Position numbers and translations under genes: made by a program. A stretch of DNA of 64,000 nucleotides from Octopus vulgaris (taxonomy: Eukaryota). The DNA lies in assembly GCA_951406725.2 (NCBI GenBank), contig OX597828.1, positions 42,098,001 through 42,162,000 on the forward strand. Reading direction: 5' to 3'. The notes under the pieces are model-generated. The model did no database searches. It saw only the letters and a program-made list of their open reading frames with translations, and was not told the origin of the DNA. Shown piece by piece: positions 26,132-40,419 of this stretch. How positions within the stretch are numbered: the first letter of the stretch is position 1; each line of letters starts with the position of its first letter.

Positions 26132-26506
26132 TCAGGTTATTGATCGACGCTTGACATTCTCACGGACGGTTTTGGTATCCAGTGCAATGTTCTTCTTCCT
26201 ACGTTCATTGATCCAAAGGGCTAATGCAGACTCCATCCTTACGATGGCCTTATTGCGGGAAGTTACCATCCTTTTCGCTGTCTTGTTAAATATCACTTTT
26301 GGCGCCGCCCTTATATTTCTTTCGTCTTCCTTCATGTAGCAAACGGTAGATTCAGTGATGCCGTAATGCTGGCCAACAACCGCATACCTTCTCCGTTCCT
26401 TAAGCATGTCGAGGAGTCTCACCTTCACTGCTATAGCAAGCATCTTCCTTTGGTGCTTGGGTTCACTGCCAGAAGCCTTAGAAGGTGCAGAACATTTGGG
26501 TGACAT
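26132..26506 (-). pseudogene. Tigger-type transposase N-terminal fragment (HTH-psq + CENP-B HTH)
   Basis: RKMLAIAVKVRLLDML...HYGITESTV...RMESALALWINERRKKNIALD resembles TIGD/Tigger DNA-binding domains. Confidence 0.8.
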
Positions 26507-27891
26507 TGTAGGGTTTGAAATAAATTCATAATTCTACATGCAAATGAAAAATTACATCACACCCTCGCTTCCTGAGTTTCGTTTTCCATGCAGTATGTGC
26601 GATTCTTTGTTTACTCACCTACGGTACATTTTGTATTTTCTTTTGATATATTTTAATTAATGTGTTATACAGTGCAGTAATGTATTTTCATTTATTGATT
26701 TATTAATTTTTAGGCGTGAAAATATTTATTTTAGCACAGAAATAATTAAAATCTACAAAAAGTATAAATACCTATCGGCCACATACTTAGGTGTCCGTGA
26801 CATAAATTTACATATATTAGCCAGAAAAATCCGCAATATACTGAGGGCTCGATTGGTGATCCGCGATATGGCGAGTGATTACTCTAAATCTAAATGCACC
26901 GAGTCTTGTGTACGGTCAGGGAGTCGACCTATCGATCGTAAAGTTGTGATTTCGATTTCTGGAACGTGTGGTGAGTCGCGTCCTTGAGCAAGGCTCTTCA
27001 TTTCACGTGTAGTCAACTCTACCGCAAACGGATGCTGACATAGCTCGCTATACCCGCGGCCTTTGCTTTTCATTTGCGATCCTTTGTCAAGAAAGAGGGA
27101 ACAAAACATTCTTACATTCGTTTTCTCTGTGCCCTTTTAAGGGTCGCGCGCACGTGACAACAGTCAATGGCGTTATGTAAAAGACTACTACTACTACTAC
27201 TACTACTACAATAATAATAACGATTTATTTAGGCCTCCGGAAGCAGGGACCTAGAAATAAGATTGATATAAATAATAATAATAATAACAACAATAATAAT
27301 AATAATAACTGGGGAAAGGTCATAATAGGGTTTGCTGCTGGTGTTTTATTTTTGTTGTTTTGTTTATATTTTATCTTTATTTCAGAAAGAGCAAAGAAGA
27401 AAGATGAGACATTTTACAGTAGTAACGAGACCGAGGGGGTGGGGGATTAGGGGAAGGAGTATGCGGATAGAGCGAGAGAGGAGAGAGAGAGAGAGAGGAG
27501 ATGGTTGCATTAAAGAAGGTGACAAGGGTGGGGAGAGGGCTGATTAGACGAAATTATGAAAATGGCGTAGAGGAAGAGAGAAGGGTAGACAAGCAGTCTA
27601 TGTGTGTATGTGTGTGTGTGTGTGTGTGCGTGTGTGTGTATATGTGTATGTGTGTATGTGTGTGTGGTAAGAGTAGATGCGAACCAAATGGAAATGTGAA
27701 CAAGCGTATATCTATCTATCCACATATACGTATATATATATATATATGCATATGTATACATATATAATATATATGTACATATATACATACATATATATGT
27801 ATATATACAATGTATATATGTGTATATATATATATATATTCAGTATATATGTATACATGTAGATATATGCATATATACAAATATACATGTA

Positions 27892-27929
<38 letters not shown>

Positions 27930-27984
27930 TATATATATGTGTGTGTGTATAGGTATGTGTGTGATCCTCCATCCTGGTGGATTA

Positions 27985-28215
27985 TCTACTTCTGAGCATC
28001 ATACTGTTAGACGAACCCTCCTATGGTCTCTGCGATAGACGAGCACCAAAGAAATGCAAGAACTCCTTAAAAAAACCTCTTATTGCTTGTCCGCTGGTCA
28101 ACTTAAGTGGTCTGCGCTTGTCACTGATCGTGAAGCCTGACAGCTGACTGTCCACTGAGCAAACAGCCTCCCTTGAAAACAGTCGCAAGACCATCCTTGC
28201 AGACAAGAGAGAGAG
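27985..28215 (+). pseudogene. RTE-clade LINE ORF C-terminal remnant
   Basis: Translation across frameshifts gives LLYG..DRRAPKK..NSLKKPLIAC...WSALVTDREA*...ENSRKTILADKR, matching the RTE RT C-terminal pattern. Confidence 0.55.
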
Positions 28216-28377
28216 GGAGGGGAAGAAGGAGGAAGAGAGAGGGAGGGAGAGAGAGGAAGGGGAGAAGGAGAGAAAGGAGACAAACCAGGGCCACTACAAC
28301 CACAATGATCCCTCCATCTTTCCATGCGGTCTTTTTGCCTGTTTGTCCGGAATCACATTCATTGGACATCACTCCGT

Positions 28378-28548
28378 TACTCTTTTACTTGTTTCAGTCA
28401 TTTAACTGTGGCCATATTGGAGCACCACCTTTAGTCGAGCAAACCGACCCCAGGACTTATTCTTTGTAAGCTTAGTACTTATTCTATCAGTCTCTTTTGC
28501 CGAACCGCTAAGTTACGGGGACATAAACACACCACCATCGGTTGTCAA
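28378..28548 (-). mobile_element. SINE family B, 3' half
   Basis: Reverse complement of the family B tail. Confidence 0.8.
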
Positions 28549-28873
28549 TTGGCGCTTAAAACGACAGCGGTGTCGGCAGAATTTTATTTAATGCAGACAC
28601 AAGGTACCACTTCATAATATACAATCCACCATCACCAGGTAACATTTTAAACAGGTAAAATTTTAAACATCGACCCGGACATAGCGAACATTTGCATACA
28701 TATGCAAGTATGTATGGGTTTGAGTGTATGTGTGTATATATCTGAAGACGCACGTGTACAAATGAGTCTGGGCGATGTCACGCTTGGAACGCTCGTTTTT
28801 TTTTTGCATTTGTTTATTCATGTTGTATTCTTGTAAATGTACGTATGAATATTGTTGCGTTCCTTTATTGTAA

Positions 28874-28917
<44 letters not shown>

Positions 28918-29098
28918 TGTGCGCGTGTGTGAAATATGAGGTAAATGGTACGGTCGACAGGAAGCAATTAGATCAAAAAAGGGAACAAGAACCGAGAGAC
29001 GGGGATAAACAGGAACCCTACTCAAATTAAAATGACACAGCATTTTAGGAGTTGTAGGTTGAGTCGTTGAGAGTTAAATGATGATGATGATAATAATA

Positions 29099-29163
<65 letters not shown>

Positions 29164-29168
<5 letters not shown>

Positions 29169-29541
29169 GAGCACTCATAGAGCGCAAACCTTCGCCAAGG
29201 CAACACCAACGCCCTCTCAACAATTAGCCAGATATAAGTTTTGAAATGAGAATATCTTAAATAAACTCGACTGCTCTCACAAATGAGAATGCTAAAAATG
29301 AACCCGACCGCTCTCAATAATTAAGCAGAAAAAAACAAAAAAAAAACGGAAAAATAATCCAGAATCCTTGTCTGGTACCGGATCGATCCCAAAAGCTTAT
29401 CAGTTCATGCCAGTCACGAGGCCAAACATCCCTGAAAGTTTCATTCGAATCCATCGAGCGGTTCTTGAGATATCTTGTCCATGGACAAACAAACAAACGA
29501 ACGACCGAAAACAATACCTCTGGCTTTGCTAAAGCGGAGGC

Positions 29542-29542
<1 letters not shown>
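29164..29542. mobile_element. Helentron-associated (DINE-1/HINE-like) non-autonomous element in an (AAT)n tract
   Basis: AACAAGAGCACTC...AACCTTCGCC start, (CAAA)n short repeats, terminal stem-loop ACCTCTGGCTTTGCTAAAGCGGAGG. Confidence 0.6.
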
Positions 29543-29630
<88 letters not shown>

Positions 29631-30289
29631 CAACAACAACAATAACAACAATAATACTTTTAGCACAAGACCAACAGTTTTGAGTGAGAGGGGAAGTCGA
29701 TTACATCAACTCCAGAATTTGTCAACCCCGAAAGGATAAAAAGTAAATTTGACCTCGTCGGAATTTGAACTCATAACGTAAACTACCGGAAGAAATGCCG
29801 GTTTGCATTTTGTCGTTCGTGTTAACAATTCTGCCAGGTTGCCGCTTTTAACAACAACAACAACAACAGCTGTCCTTTGTACTATGGGCACTTTGAAATT
29901 TGGGGTGAAGGGGTTAGTTGATTACATCGACCCCAGTGCTCAGCTGGTACTTAACTTATCGACCCCGAAAAACAGAAAGGCCAAGCTGACCTCATTACTA
30001 ATTGAACTCAGACCGTGCGAATCCGAAAGGAATTCTGCTTAGCGTCTTTTGTCAGACGTACTAACGATTCTGCCAGCGCGGTACCTACATTATCATTTGC
30101 CACAAGGACAACGGATGAGATGCCATTACAAATATATCGTGGATATGGCGGTTACATAGAAAGAATTACGAAAAGAATACAAAAGCAAAACAAAAAATGA
30201 ACTTAAAGACAAAAATACAACAGCAAAACATGGAGGACAACATTCCGCCTTGGATATGAAACAATACATCTCAACAATAGCGACATAGT

Positions 30290-31320
30290 ACCTGGTTCCG
30301 GGTAAGGAATCCTCAACTATTCAGATTATCTTTACTCCTAACGGTAAATGCCGACCTCCAGCTGTGTTACCTGGTTTGCAAGTGAACTCTGAGTGTAGGC
30401 CAATGCTCTTGTGCTATACTCTATAAGGTCTATGTGTTGTCGGAGTGAGGTAGCCCTTTTGAAGTGGAGGAACACCTCGCACTTTCAGAGGATGTTCGTC
30501 CGCTTTGGTCTCTCACATGTGGTTCCATGCAGCTGCTTGCAACAGCGACCAAACCTCAGTAAACCAATCTGAATGGCGGGCTAAACCAGGTGAAGCTAGC
30601 CAACGGGTATATAACTCTTGGTGAATCTACCTAGGCATGTGACGACTGAATATGGCGGACACTGTGGAAGAAACCTTCATGGTTAAAGGCGGTGAGCTGG
30701 CAGAAACGTTAGCACGCCGGGCGAAATTCTTAGCGGTATTTCGTCTTCCGCTACATTCTGAGTTCAAATTCCGCCGAGGTCGACTTTGCTTTTCATCCTT
30801 TCGGGGTCGATAAATTAAGTACCAGTTGCGTACTTGGGTCGATCTAATTGACTGAACCCCCCCCCCCCCCCGCACCCGAAAAAAATTTCAGGCCTTGTGG
30901 CTAGCGTAGAAAAGAATACAGAGAAAAAGGTGAAGGAGCGCGACTGTTTGAGGTATTCAGCTCACGATCGAAAGGTCGTCAGTTCGATTCCTGGGGGCGT
31001 GTTGTCTCCTTGAGCAAGGCACTTTATTTCATGTTGATCCCGTTAAATAAGTACCAGTTACGCACTGGAGTCGATATAATCGACTTAATCCGTTTGTCTG
31101 TCATTGTTTGTTCTCTCTATGCTTAGCACCTTGTGGGCCAGAAAGAAATAAGAAACCTTCATGGTTCAATCGAAAGGAAGGTGGCTGCAGCAACGCATCA
31201 TGGAGTGCAGAGAGTAAGATGATGCAAGCAAGACATCTTGGTTATTTACTCCATCCCTGTTCATCCTAAGTCGTTATGACCTAAGTCTTGCCACTGGATT
31301 GAAGAGGATCGTTGAGTGTA
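30290..31320 (+). mobile_element. probable LINE (RTE-like) 5' UTR remnant interrupted by a composite SINE
   Basis: Non-repetitive, GC-richer segment continuous across the 17 bp TSD; family assignment rests on recalled resemblance only. Confidence 0.35.
30685..31149 (+). mobile_element. composite SINE family A insertion with 17 bp TSD
   Basis: AAGAAACCTTCATGGTT at 30668-30684 and 31150-31166. Confidence 0.9.
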
Positions 31321-32279
31321 GGCAAATCTTCACTTTAAACAAAGTCATCATGCGATCATCAATCATCCTTCACTCGTGATGACTTGGTGCTCTTCGTCGT
31401 TCCTGCGGGCTAACATAACCCCCTTCTCCGATCTACCGGGATTGCAGCACTTCCTTCTCCACACTTACTTATTTTCTCCCAATTGGATTCTGGAAGAACT
31501 TGTCACGAGCTTGACCTCTGATGAAATTGTTTATCTACAGTCTTTTCTATCTCGTAAAATCTTCCTTAAACGCAACGACAACTGCTTAACAAGCTTCAGC
31601 AAATCAACAACCATCAATCATGTTTAGCCTTGTTTAACCGTGTTCCGCCATGTTCAACGATGATAAAAACAAGGTTAAATGAATTTCTCACCTATTCATA
31701 CATGCATTCATGTATGCATTCATGCATACATATATGTATGTATGTATGTATGTATGTATTTATGTATCTATCTATACACACACTCAAACACACTTATATA
31801 TATATTTATATACATATATACACACTCATGTCATGACTGATAAGTTGATTTAGACTATGCTATTTACTCATGGCTGAACATAAATTAAAACCTACGAGTT
31901 GAGCATGCGATGAAGATGTTGTACACGCAATCCGTAAGAATCCAATCATTGTTGACTTATAGAGTTTTTGTTGAGGATCTGTCCTTGTATGAAGGACAGA
32001 TCGACAGATCTGGCAATCAATGAAACAAGTCATGAGGATTTGTTTTCCACTTTTCTTTATCTGTGAAAGCCTGCTAATTTTCCTCTGTTTAGTTTTCGAC
32101 ATTAAGGGCTCACCATACAGATCACAGCTTAAACAATACTTAATGAAGAACATACAAGATGTTCCTCTTTCCAACGAAAACCTTCAACGCCTTATTCTGT
32201 AAAAGGTGTAGGAGTGGCTGTGTGGTAAGTAGCTTGCTTACCAATCATATATATATATATGTATACACATGCATACACA

Positions 32280-32322
<43 letters not shown>

Positions 32323-32662
32323 TCACATATACATATCAACAAATACACACCGACGGGATCACATGCATGTACAAATACATGTCTATTCTCAGTTTTAAAC
32401 TTCCTTATCACAATTCCCATCCACATCAGCATCATTACCAATGACACTACCACCACCACCACCACCACCAACACCACCACCACCACCACCACCAACACCA
32501 CCACCACCAGCTTGACTGCATATAACCACACGAATACCATGCACATACACACACACACACGCGCGCGCGCGCTCACTCACGCCATCATAAACATTTGACA
32601 GAAAGACGTTCCTGTATATATATATACATACATATATATATATACATACATACATAAATACA

Positions 32663-32701
<39 letters not shown>

Positions 32702-33204
32702 ATGTATGAATATGTATGTATGTATGTATGTATGTGTGTATAATACCAGGACCATCTCTATCACACTTGCTACATCCGCAATCGCCTCCTCCCTCACAGC
32801 TATCGCTATTACCGTTGGAGCAAGAACGAGGAGAAGAACAACAACATCTAAAATAACAGCAGCAGCAGTAGCAGCAGCAGCAGCAACAGCAACAAAGGTA
32901 GGGGCAGCAGCAGCAGCAGCAGCAACAAAGTCAAGAACAATAATGAAACATGTAATTACCAGCAGACACGCCACGCTCCTCTGATGATAAATCGCTCTAA
33001 CATATGAAAAGGTTGTCGGTTGAGGCTTATCTGTTTGTTTGTTGCGCGTGCGCGTCTGCGCATGTGAGTGAGTGTGTATGTGTGTGTGCGTATGTGCGTG
33101 TGCGAGTGTCCGTGTATTTTTGCGTATAATTATGTATGTTAGTATATCTACGTACATACATACGTACATACATATATGTATGTATGTATATATATATGTG
33201 TGTG

Positions 33205-33264
<60 letters not shown>

Positions 33265-33318
33265 TAATTATATATATATATATATATACATATACATACA
33301 TATAGATAAGTATATATA

Positions 33319-33353
<35 letters not shown>

Positions 33354-33673
33354 ATATATATATATATATGCATATATATACGTATGTGTGTGTATATATT
33401 CATATGTATGTGTATGCATGTGTGTATGTATACACACACACATACATACATACATACATACATACATACATACATACATACATACATACATACGGTTATC
33501 TTAAAGGTTCTAATCATTGCACCTAAGCAACGGCGCCATAACCAACCACCCACACAGCAAACTCTGATACGTATATTAAAATAACAAACCAACCTTTCCA
33601 CCACCACCACCACCACCACCACCATCAAAAACAACCACAGACACAACAACAACAACAATCGCAATAATCATAA

Positions 33674-33775
33674 CCCCCGCCAAATTCCGGATGGTGTTAT
33701 TTTGAAATATAACCAATCGTATCTCAGAAACCTTTCGAATATTTTAGTCCGCCATTGTTGATATTTCGTTTTTTG
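33674..33775 (+). promoter_or_regulatory. candidate Pol II promoter motif cluster
   Basis: CCCCGCC (GC box), AACCAATC (CCAAT box) and CCGCCATT (YY1-like) within 100 bp of unique sequence. Confidence 0.3.
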
Positions 33776-34623
33776 ATATTCAATACTTATATATTTCTAA
33801 ACTTTCCATTCGACTCGATGTCTGTGTATCCTTTTGTTTTTTAGCTAGGGTGGGTGGGGTAACTTTGGGTGTGGGTTGTTGACCAACTTATGTTCCTTCT
33901 CTCATAAGGACATTTTGTTTTTGTTGATGTGGTTGTTATTGTTGTTATTGTCCATGTTTAATTATGTACCCTCACCCTATACCGCCGCACCGTTATTTTA
34001 CCCTTTCGGTTTTCTGTGGTTAACTTTCTATATAACATTAGTGCTTGCTTGCTCTTTGGTGCTGTTTCATTAATTAATACAGGAAAGTGGCGCCCTCTAT
34101 CTTTATTTTCTCCATATTTTTTTTACTCTTTTGTTTTTAAAAAACAAAAACAACAACAATTTTTCTTCCTGAATTTCTGTCAGTCTCTCTTTGGTATATA
34201 TAGATAGATAGAATGGGGAAAATAGATTGGTATTTCTGTCTCAATCTCTCTCTATTTCTGTCTCTCTCTTTCTCTGTTTCCCTCTATCTATCTCTCCCTA
34301 CACACACACACACACACATATATATATATGTATATATTTATATGCGTATATATATATAGGTGAATATATATATACATATGTGTATACATATGAATGTATA
34401 TATACGCATATACACAGATATATATATATATATATATATATCTGTGTGTATATATATATATATATATATATGTACATATATATATATGCATACATATATA
34501 TGCATACATATAGATATGTATATATATGCATATATATCCATATATATATGCATATATGTATACATACGAATGTGTGTGTATATATATATATGCGTGTGTG
34601 CGTATGTATATATGGATGGATGG

Positions 34624-34720
<97 letters not shown>

Positions 34721-34799
34721 TATACAGCGGAAGAGGGAGAGAGAGAAAGAGAGAGAAAAGAATGTCAGATAGTTTTATATACGAGTTTCTGTGCACTTT

Positions 34800-34839
<40 letters not shown>

Positions 34840-34840
34840 T

Positions 34841-34873
<33 letters not shown>

Positions 34874-35324
34874 ATCGTCGCATTTCTCCCCACCCTAGCT
34901 CTCATTTCTGCTTGTTTGTTTTTATTTTTTTGTTTTCCTTCTTCTTCTTTCCTTCTTTTCTTTCATTCTCTAACTCCCCTTTTTAGCTTCATTTTGTCTA
35001 ATTAACCCAGAATTTCCGGGGTGCAGCTGTAGTTAAGTCGTTTAGACCACCTCTGACTCTTCCTCTTACTTCGCTTCCCTTCTCCCCCTCTCTCGCTCGT
35101 CCCTCTCCCCCCCTTCTCTCTCTTACTGTCCCATCTTCTAGGTTTAGGGTTGATTGATGCAACAAAACAAAACAAAAACAAAATCAACTTCCACTGACAC
35201 AGATGATGTACACATACACACATACACACATTCACACTTACATACACACATACATACATAATACATATATATATATACACACATATATGTATATGTATGT
35301 ATGAACATATATGTATGTTTGTGC

Positions 35325-35361
<37 letters not shown>

Positions 35362-35564
35362 CACACATGTATGTATGTATTTCCATGTTGCTAATAACAC
35401 GATCAACTTCCGATATATTTCATCTCACCATAGCACAAGGTGTCCATAATTTACCTTTACGGTTTAAAGTTTAAAAATGTGGAGGTTTTAAATACAATAT
35501 ATGGACACATTATATATATGTCTCTGTGTGTGTACGTGTATATATATATATATATGTATGTATG

Positions 35565-35597
<33 letters not shown>

Positions 35598-35671
35598 GTG
35601 TGTGTGTGTATATATATATATATACATGCATATATATATATATGTATATATATGTAAGTATATATATATAT

Positions 35672-35850
35672 ATAGGGAGAATTTATGAAAAAAACAAAAG
35701 ACGATGGTATACAAAACAAACAGATGTATTAGTATAACGCTCAGGAATAGAAAAAGTATTTTACATTTCGAGCCTACGCTCTTCTACAGAAAGGTACACA
35801 GAAAAAACAAGGAGATAAACAAGGAGAGAAAAAATGTGTGTAATGGCTAT
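35672..35850 (-). mobile_element. short Penelope-like element with variant hammerhead-like motif (35758-35793)
   Basis: Paralogue of 14455-14670. Confidence 0.55.
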
Positions 35851-36257
35851 GCCAACTACATGGTTCTGGGTTCAGTCTCACTGCATGGTACCTTGGGCAA
35901 GTGTGTTCTATTATGGTCTCGGGCCGACCGAAGCCTCGTGTGAGTAGATTTGGTAGACGGAAACTGAAAAAGTCTGCCGTATATATATGTGTGTGTGTGG
36001 GGGGATGCGTGTGTGTGTGTGGGTGTGTGCGTGTAGGTGCGTGTGTGTGAGTGGGTGTGTGCGTGTAGGTGCGTGTGTGTGTGTGTTTGTATTTGTGCTT
36101 GTCCCCACCAACATCGCTTGACAACCGATGCTATTTTGTTTACGTCCCCGTAACTTAGCGGTTTGGTAAAAAGACACCGATAGAATATGTACTAGGCTTA
36201 CAAAAATAAGTCATGAGGTCGATTTTCTCGACTAAAGGTGGTGCTCCAGCATGGCCT
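35850..36257 (+). mobile_element. SINE family B
   Basis: Similar to the 17754 copy. Confidence 0.8.
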
Positions 36258-36264
36258 CATATAA

Positions 36265-36366
<102 letters not shown>

Positions 36367-36945
36367 ATATAATGCATATGTTTGTCCTCTTTGTTTAATT
36401 ACACATAAAGCGTGCTTGCGCACACTCGCATACATACATACAGACATGCATAGATATATATATATATATATATATATATGCATGTATGTATACACAAATA
36501 CACACACTTGTGAATGTTTATTTGTGTTTGTTTATACAGTTGCGTGTATATACGTGTATAATATGATTACATATTACACATTAATGTTGAGTTCAAACGA
36601 AAATTAATCGATATTTAATCAATAATTAATCAATAACCCACTACTTACGTAGTGACCATTTGGTATGGACGTGTATAGATAGATAAGTTGACAGACAGTG
36701 AAAGGAAAAGAGAAAAGAATATATATACAGACATACGTGTGTGTGTGTGTGTGCGTGTGTTTATTTCTTTTATATATAAGCATACTACCTATCTGTCTAT
36801 CTATCTATCGGGCTGTCTTGTCTGTCTGCCTGTCTGTCACTCACACACTCTCTCTCTGTCCTGTCTATCTAGCTAGCTAGGTAGCTATCTGTCAGTCTGT
36901 CTGTCTGTCTGTCTGTTTATCTGTCTATTTATCTCTCACTCTCTT

Positions 36946-36993
<48 letters not shown>

Positions 36994-37047
36994 TTCTCTA
37001 TATATTAATTTATATATCAATCTATATATATATATATATATATATAT

Positions 37048-37406
<359 letters not shown>

Positions 37407-38569
37407 TAGGACGGGATTCTTTCGGTTTTCGTCTACCTAATTTGTTGACCCGAGGCTATAGTACAAGACACTTCTCCAAGGTGCCAGGTGGAAGAGCAGA
37501 AATATATGTAGGAGGACAAAATTCCTTGTAGCAGTTTAAATGCAGTCCCTTACATTCTAAGTTCAAATCCCGCTGGTGTCAACATTGAGTCTTACTCTTC
37601 CGGAAGCAACAAGATAAGGCACCAATCATGAACTAGGGTTGGTTTATATCCCCTACATTCTTCCATAGATTCTGCGGCTTTGTGTCTAAGAAAATGACGG
37701 TGATAGTGGTGGTGGTGGTGGCGGCGTCGGTGGCGGTGGTGGTGGTGGTGGTAGGCTTGTTTCTAGTGTGAGTGATGGTAATATTGATCGTGATGATGGG
37801 CTCTAATGTAAAAGGACACGGGTGGAGTAGATAGCTGCAGTGATTGGTGGTGGCGGTTGTGGTGGTGATGGTTGTGGTAGCAGCGGGTACAGTTGTACAA
37901 GTGATCGTAGTGATGGTTGCAGTGGTGAAGGTAGAAGTTGTGATTGTGGTGGCGGCTGTGATGGTGGTGGTGGTGGTGGTAGTGGTTGTGGTCGTGGTGG
38001 TTGTAACAGCGAAGGTCTTAGTGGTGCTTGTGGTAGTGATAGTAGCGCTGGTTGTAACAGAGGTGGTGGTGGTGGCGGCGATGGCGATAGTGGTGGTGAT
38101 GATGGTGGTGGTTGTGTTGGTGGTGGTAGTATTGATGGGGTGATGGCAGCGGTGGTGGTGGTGATGGTGGCAATGATGGCGGTGGTAGTGGTTGTGGTGG
38201 TGATAGTGGCGTTGGTTGTAGTTGTGGTGGTGGTGGTGGTTTTGGTGGTGGTGGTGGTGGTGGTGATGGTGTTATTGATGTATGATTTCCATGGATCTAG
38301 AACATTTGGGAAAAATATACAAAGCAAAACAAAATATGATCTGAAATCAATGTGACACAGAATATGCTAGTTAACACCTGATACCTGTACACACCCTAGG
38401 TGTTATATATATTATATATTGCAACTACATACATACATGTACCTACAAGGGTATCTCAAACGGTCTGTGTTGTGTGTATATACATATGTACGTATGTACA
38501 GGATTGTGTGCGTGTGTATATATACATGTGTGTGTGTATACATACATATACATACATATATATATATGC

Positions 38570-38780
38570 GTGTATGTCTTTGTGTTTGTCTCCCCCACCA
38601 TCGCTCGACAACTGATGCTGGTGTGTTTATGTCCCCGAAACTTAGCGGCTCGGCAAAGGAAACCGATAGAATAAGCACCACGCTTACAAAGAATAAGTCC
38701 TTAGGTTTGATTTTTTTCGACTAAAGGCGGTGCTCTAGCATGGCCGCAGTTAAATGACTGAAACGTGTAAAAGAGAATAA
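38570..38780 (+). mobile_element. SINE family B, 3' half
   Basis: Family B tail motifs. Confidence 0.75.
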
Positions 38781-39114
38781 AATTATATATGCATGTTTTT
38801 ATGCGTGCGTGTGTGTGCGCGCGCGTGTATGTATGTATGCGTTTGTATTTATGTGCGTATGTGCTCCCTAGTGACAACAATTCCCATCCAAATTAACTGT
38901 TTTGCTCTCTTCCTGTCCCTCCGAATACAGAGTCTGTTTTCGGGGTGTTGTTCTGTTTTGGAGTGGATTCCAATTTTCCACTGGTTGCTAACCATTGTCG
39001 TCTCCGTTGAATATGATTATAGCCAGCCTGTCTTTTCATTATGTGTTATATTTCTACCCTACCCAGGAGAGTATCGGTCACAAGTTCATTTTTCGACGAG
39101 CAGAGATTATACCT

Positions 39115-39700
39115 ATTTCTTTACTATCCACAAAGGGATAAACACAGAGAGGACAAACAAGTACAGACAAGGGCATTAAGTCGATTACATCGACCCCAGT
39201 GCGTAACTGGTACTTAATTTATCGACCCCGAAAGGATGAAAGGCAAAGTCGACCTCGGCGGAATTTGAACTCAGAACGTAACGGCAGACGAAATACATAT
39301 TTCTTTACTGCCCACAAGGGGCTAAACATAGAGGGGACAAACAAGGACAGACAAAGGGATTAAGTCAATTACATCGACCCCAGTGCGTAACTGGTACTTT
39401 ATTTATCGACCCCGAAAGGATGAAAGGCAAAGTCGACCTCGGCGGAATTTGAACTCAGAACGTAACGGCAGACGAAATACATATTTCTTTACTGCCCACA
39501 AGGGGCTAATCACAGAGGGGACAAACAAGGACAGACAAGGGCATTAAGTCGATTACATTGACCCCAGTGCGTAACTGGTAATTAATTTATCGACCCCGAA
39601 AGGATGAAAGGCAAAGTCGACCTCGGCGGAATTTGAACTCAGAACGTAACGGCAGACGAAATACAGCTACGCATTTCACCCGGCGTGCTAACGTTTCTGC
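39115..39700 (-). mobile_element. SINE family A trimer (3 x ~183 bp) with 14 bp TSD
   Basis: Three near-identical units; CAGAGATTATACCT at 39101-39114 and 39701-39714. Confidence 0.9.
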
Positions 39701-39940
39701 CAGAGATTATACCTGTGAAGCAGTCACATATTGAGGGACCCACCGACCAAGTTCAGACACTTGCTTGTTTCCGAAAAGGTGTTTTATGACCAAAGAGTGA
39801 AATGAATGGAGCTGTTTTGCTAATTCTGATGCAGTCGGTTTTGAATTTTCTTCGGTTACACTTTTCAGAAATCCAATATTGACATCACTTGGTCATCCAG
39901 ATAGCGGAGAATCTACCAGCGAAAAATTTGCCAGATAACT

Positions 39941-40419
39941 GGCCAAAGCATCTCGAAAGAGTCCAGAAGCTGGCTACCCGCATGGTTCATGGTCTCAAGA
40001 ATTTGTCTTATGAAGAAAAGCTGAAGACGCTCGACCTTTATTCTCTAGAAAAACGCCGCCGCCGTGGTGATCTCATTCTCGCTCGCAACATCATAAGCGG
40101 AAAGTGTAACATCCCGAAAGAGCTGTTCTTCACTCCTGCTCCAGAGCGTCGGCTGCGGGGTCATTCCGAAAAGCTCTACCTGCGGCGATTTCATCTCAAT
40201 CGAAGGAGAGGAGCTTTCTCCGTCCGGGTTGCGGATCCGTGGAACAAGCTGCCAGACGAGATGGTGAAGATGCCGACGACCGCTTTGTTCAAAGCCTCCC
40301 TTGACCTCAAGTGGCCTGAACTCTTTACATGAACACCACCCTGTATATAACTCCATGTCCCCCTACATGGCCTTGCTTTTTGCTTTTGAGCCAAAAAATT
40401 AACTAACTAACTAACTAAC
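39941..40419 (+). mobile_element. 5'-truncated CR1/L2-clade LINE 3' end with (TAAC)n tail
   Basis: LERVQKLATRMVHGLKNLSYEEKLKTLDLYSLEKRRRRGDLI...PWNKLP. Confidence 0.9.

Larger units (their letters stand above)
25430..26884 (-). mobile_element. internally deleted Tigger/pogo DNA transposon
   Basis: TIRs CAGTAATCCCTCGACTATCGCGG / CCGCGATATGGCGAGTGATTACTC with flanking TA. The minus strand encodes an HTH/CENP-B N-terminus joined to an acidic Tigger C-terminus (LIEAHSDPLTDEVL); no DDE domain. Confidence 0.85.

Noticed and set aside
30299-30410. HDV-like ribozyme candidate (GGGTAAG...ACCTCCAGCTGTGTTACCTGG...CCAA)
   Set aside because: P1, P1.1 and J4/2 look plausible, but P3 is mismatched and no P2 pairing could be found; at most a decayed relic.
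31860-32202. ORFs of 104 and 60 aa in non-repetitive sequence
   Set aside because: No recognisable domain or convincing splice sites; cannot be supported as an exon.
37803-38355. Pro/Thr-rich or Gly-rich ORFs (also 45128-46245, 59663-60130)
   Set aside because: Degenerate (GGT)n trinucleotide repeats open in several frames, not mucin or cuticle genes.
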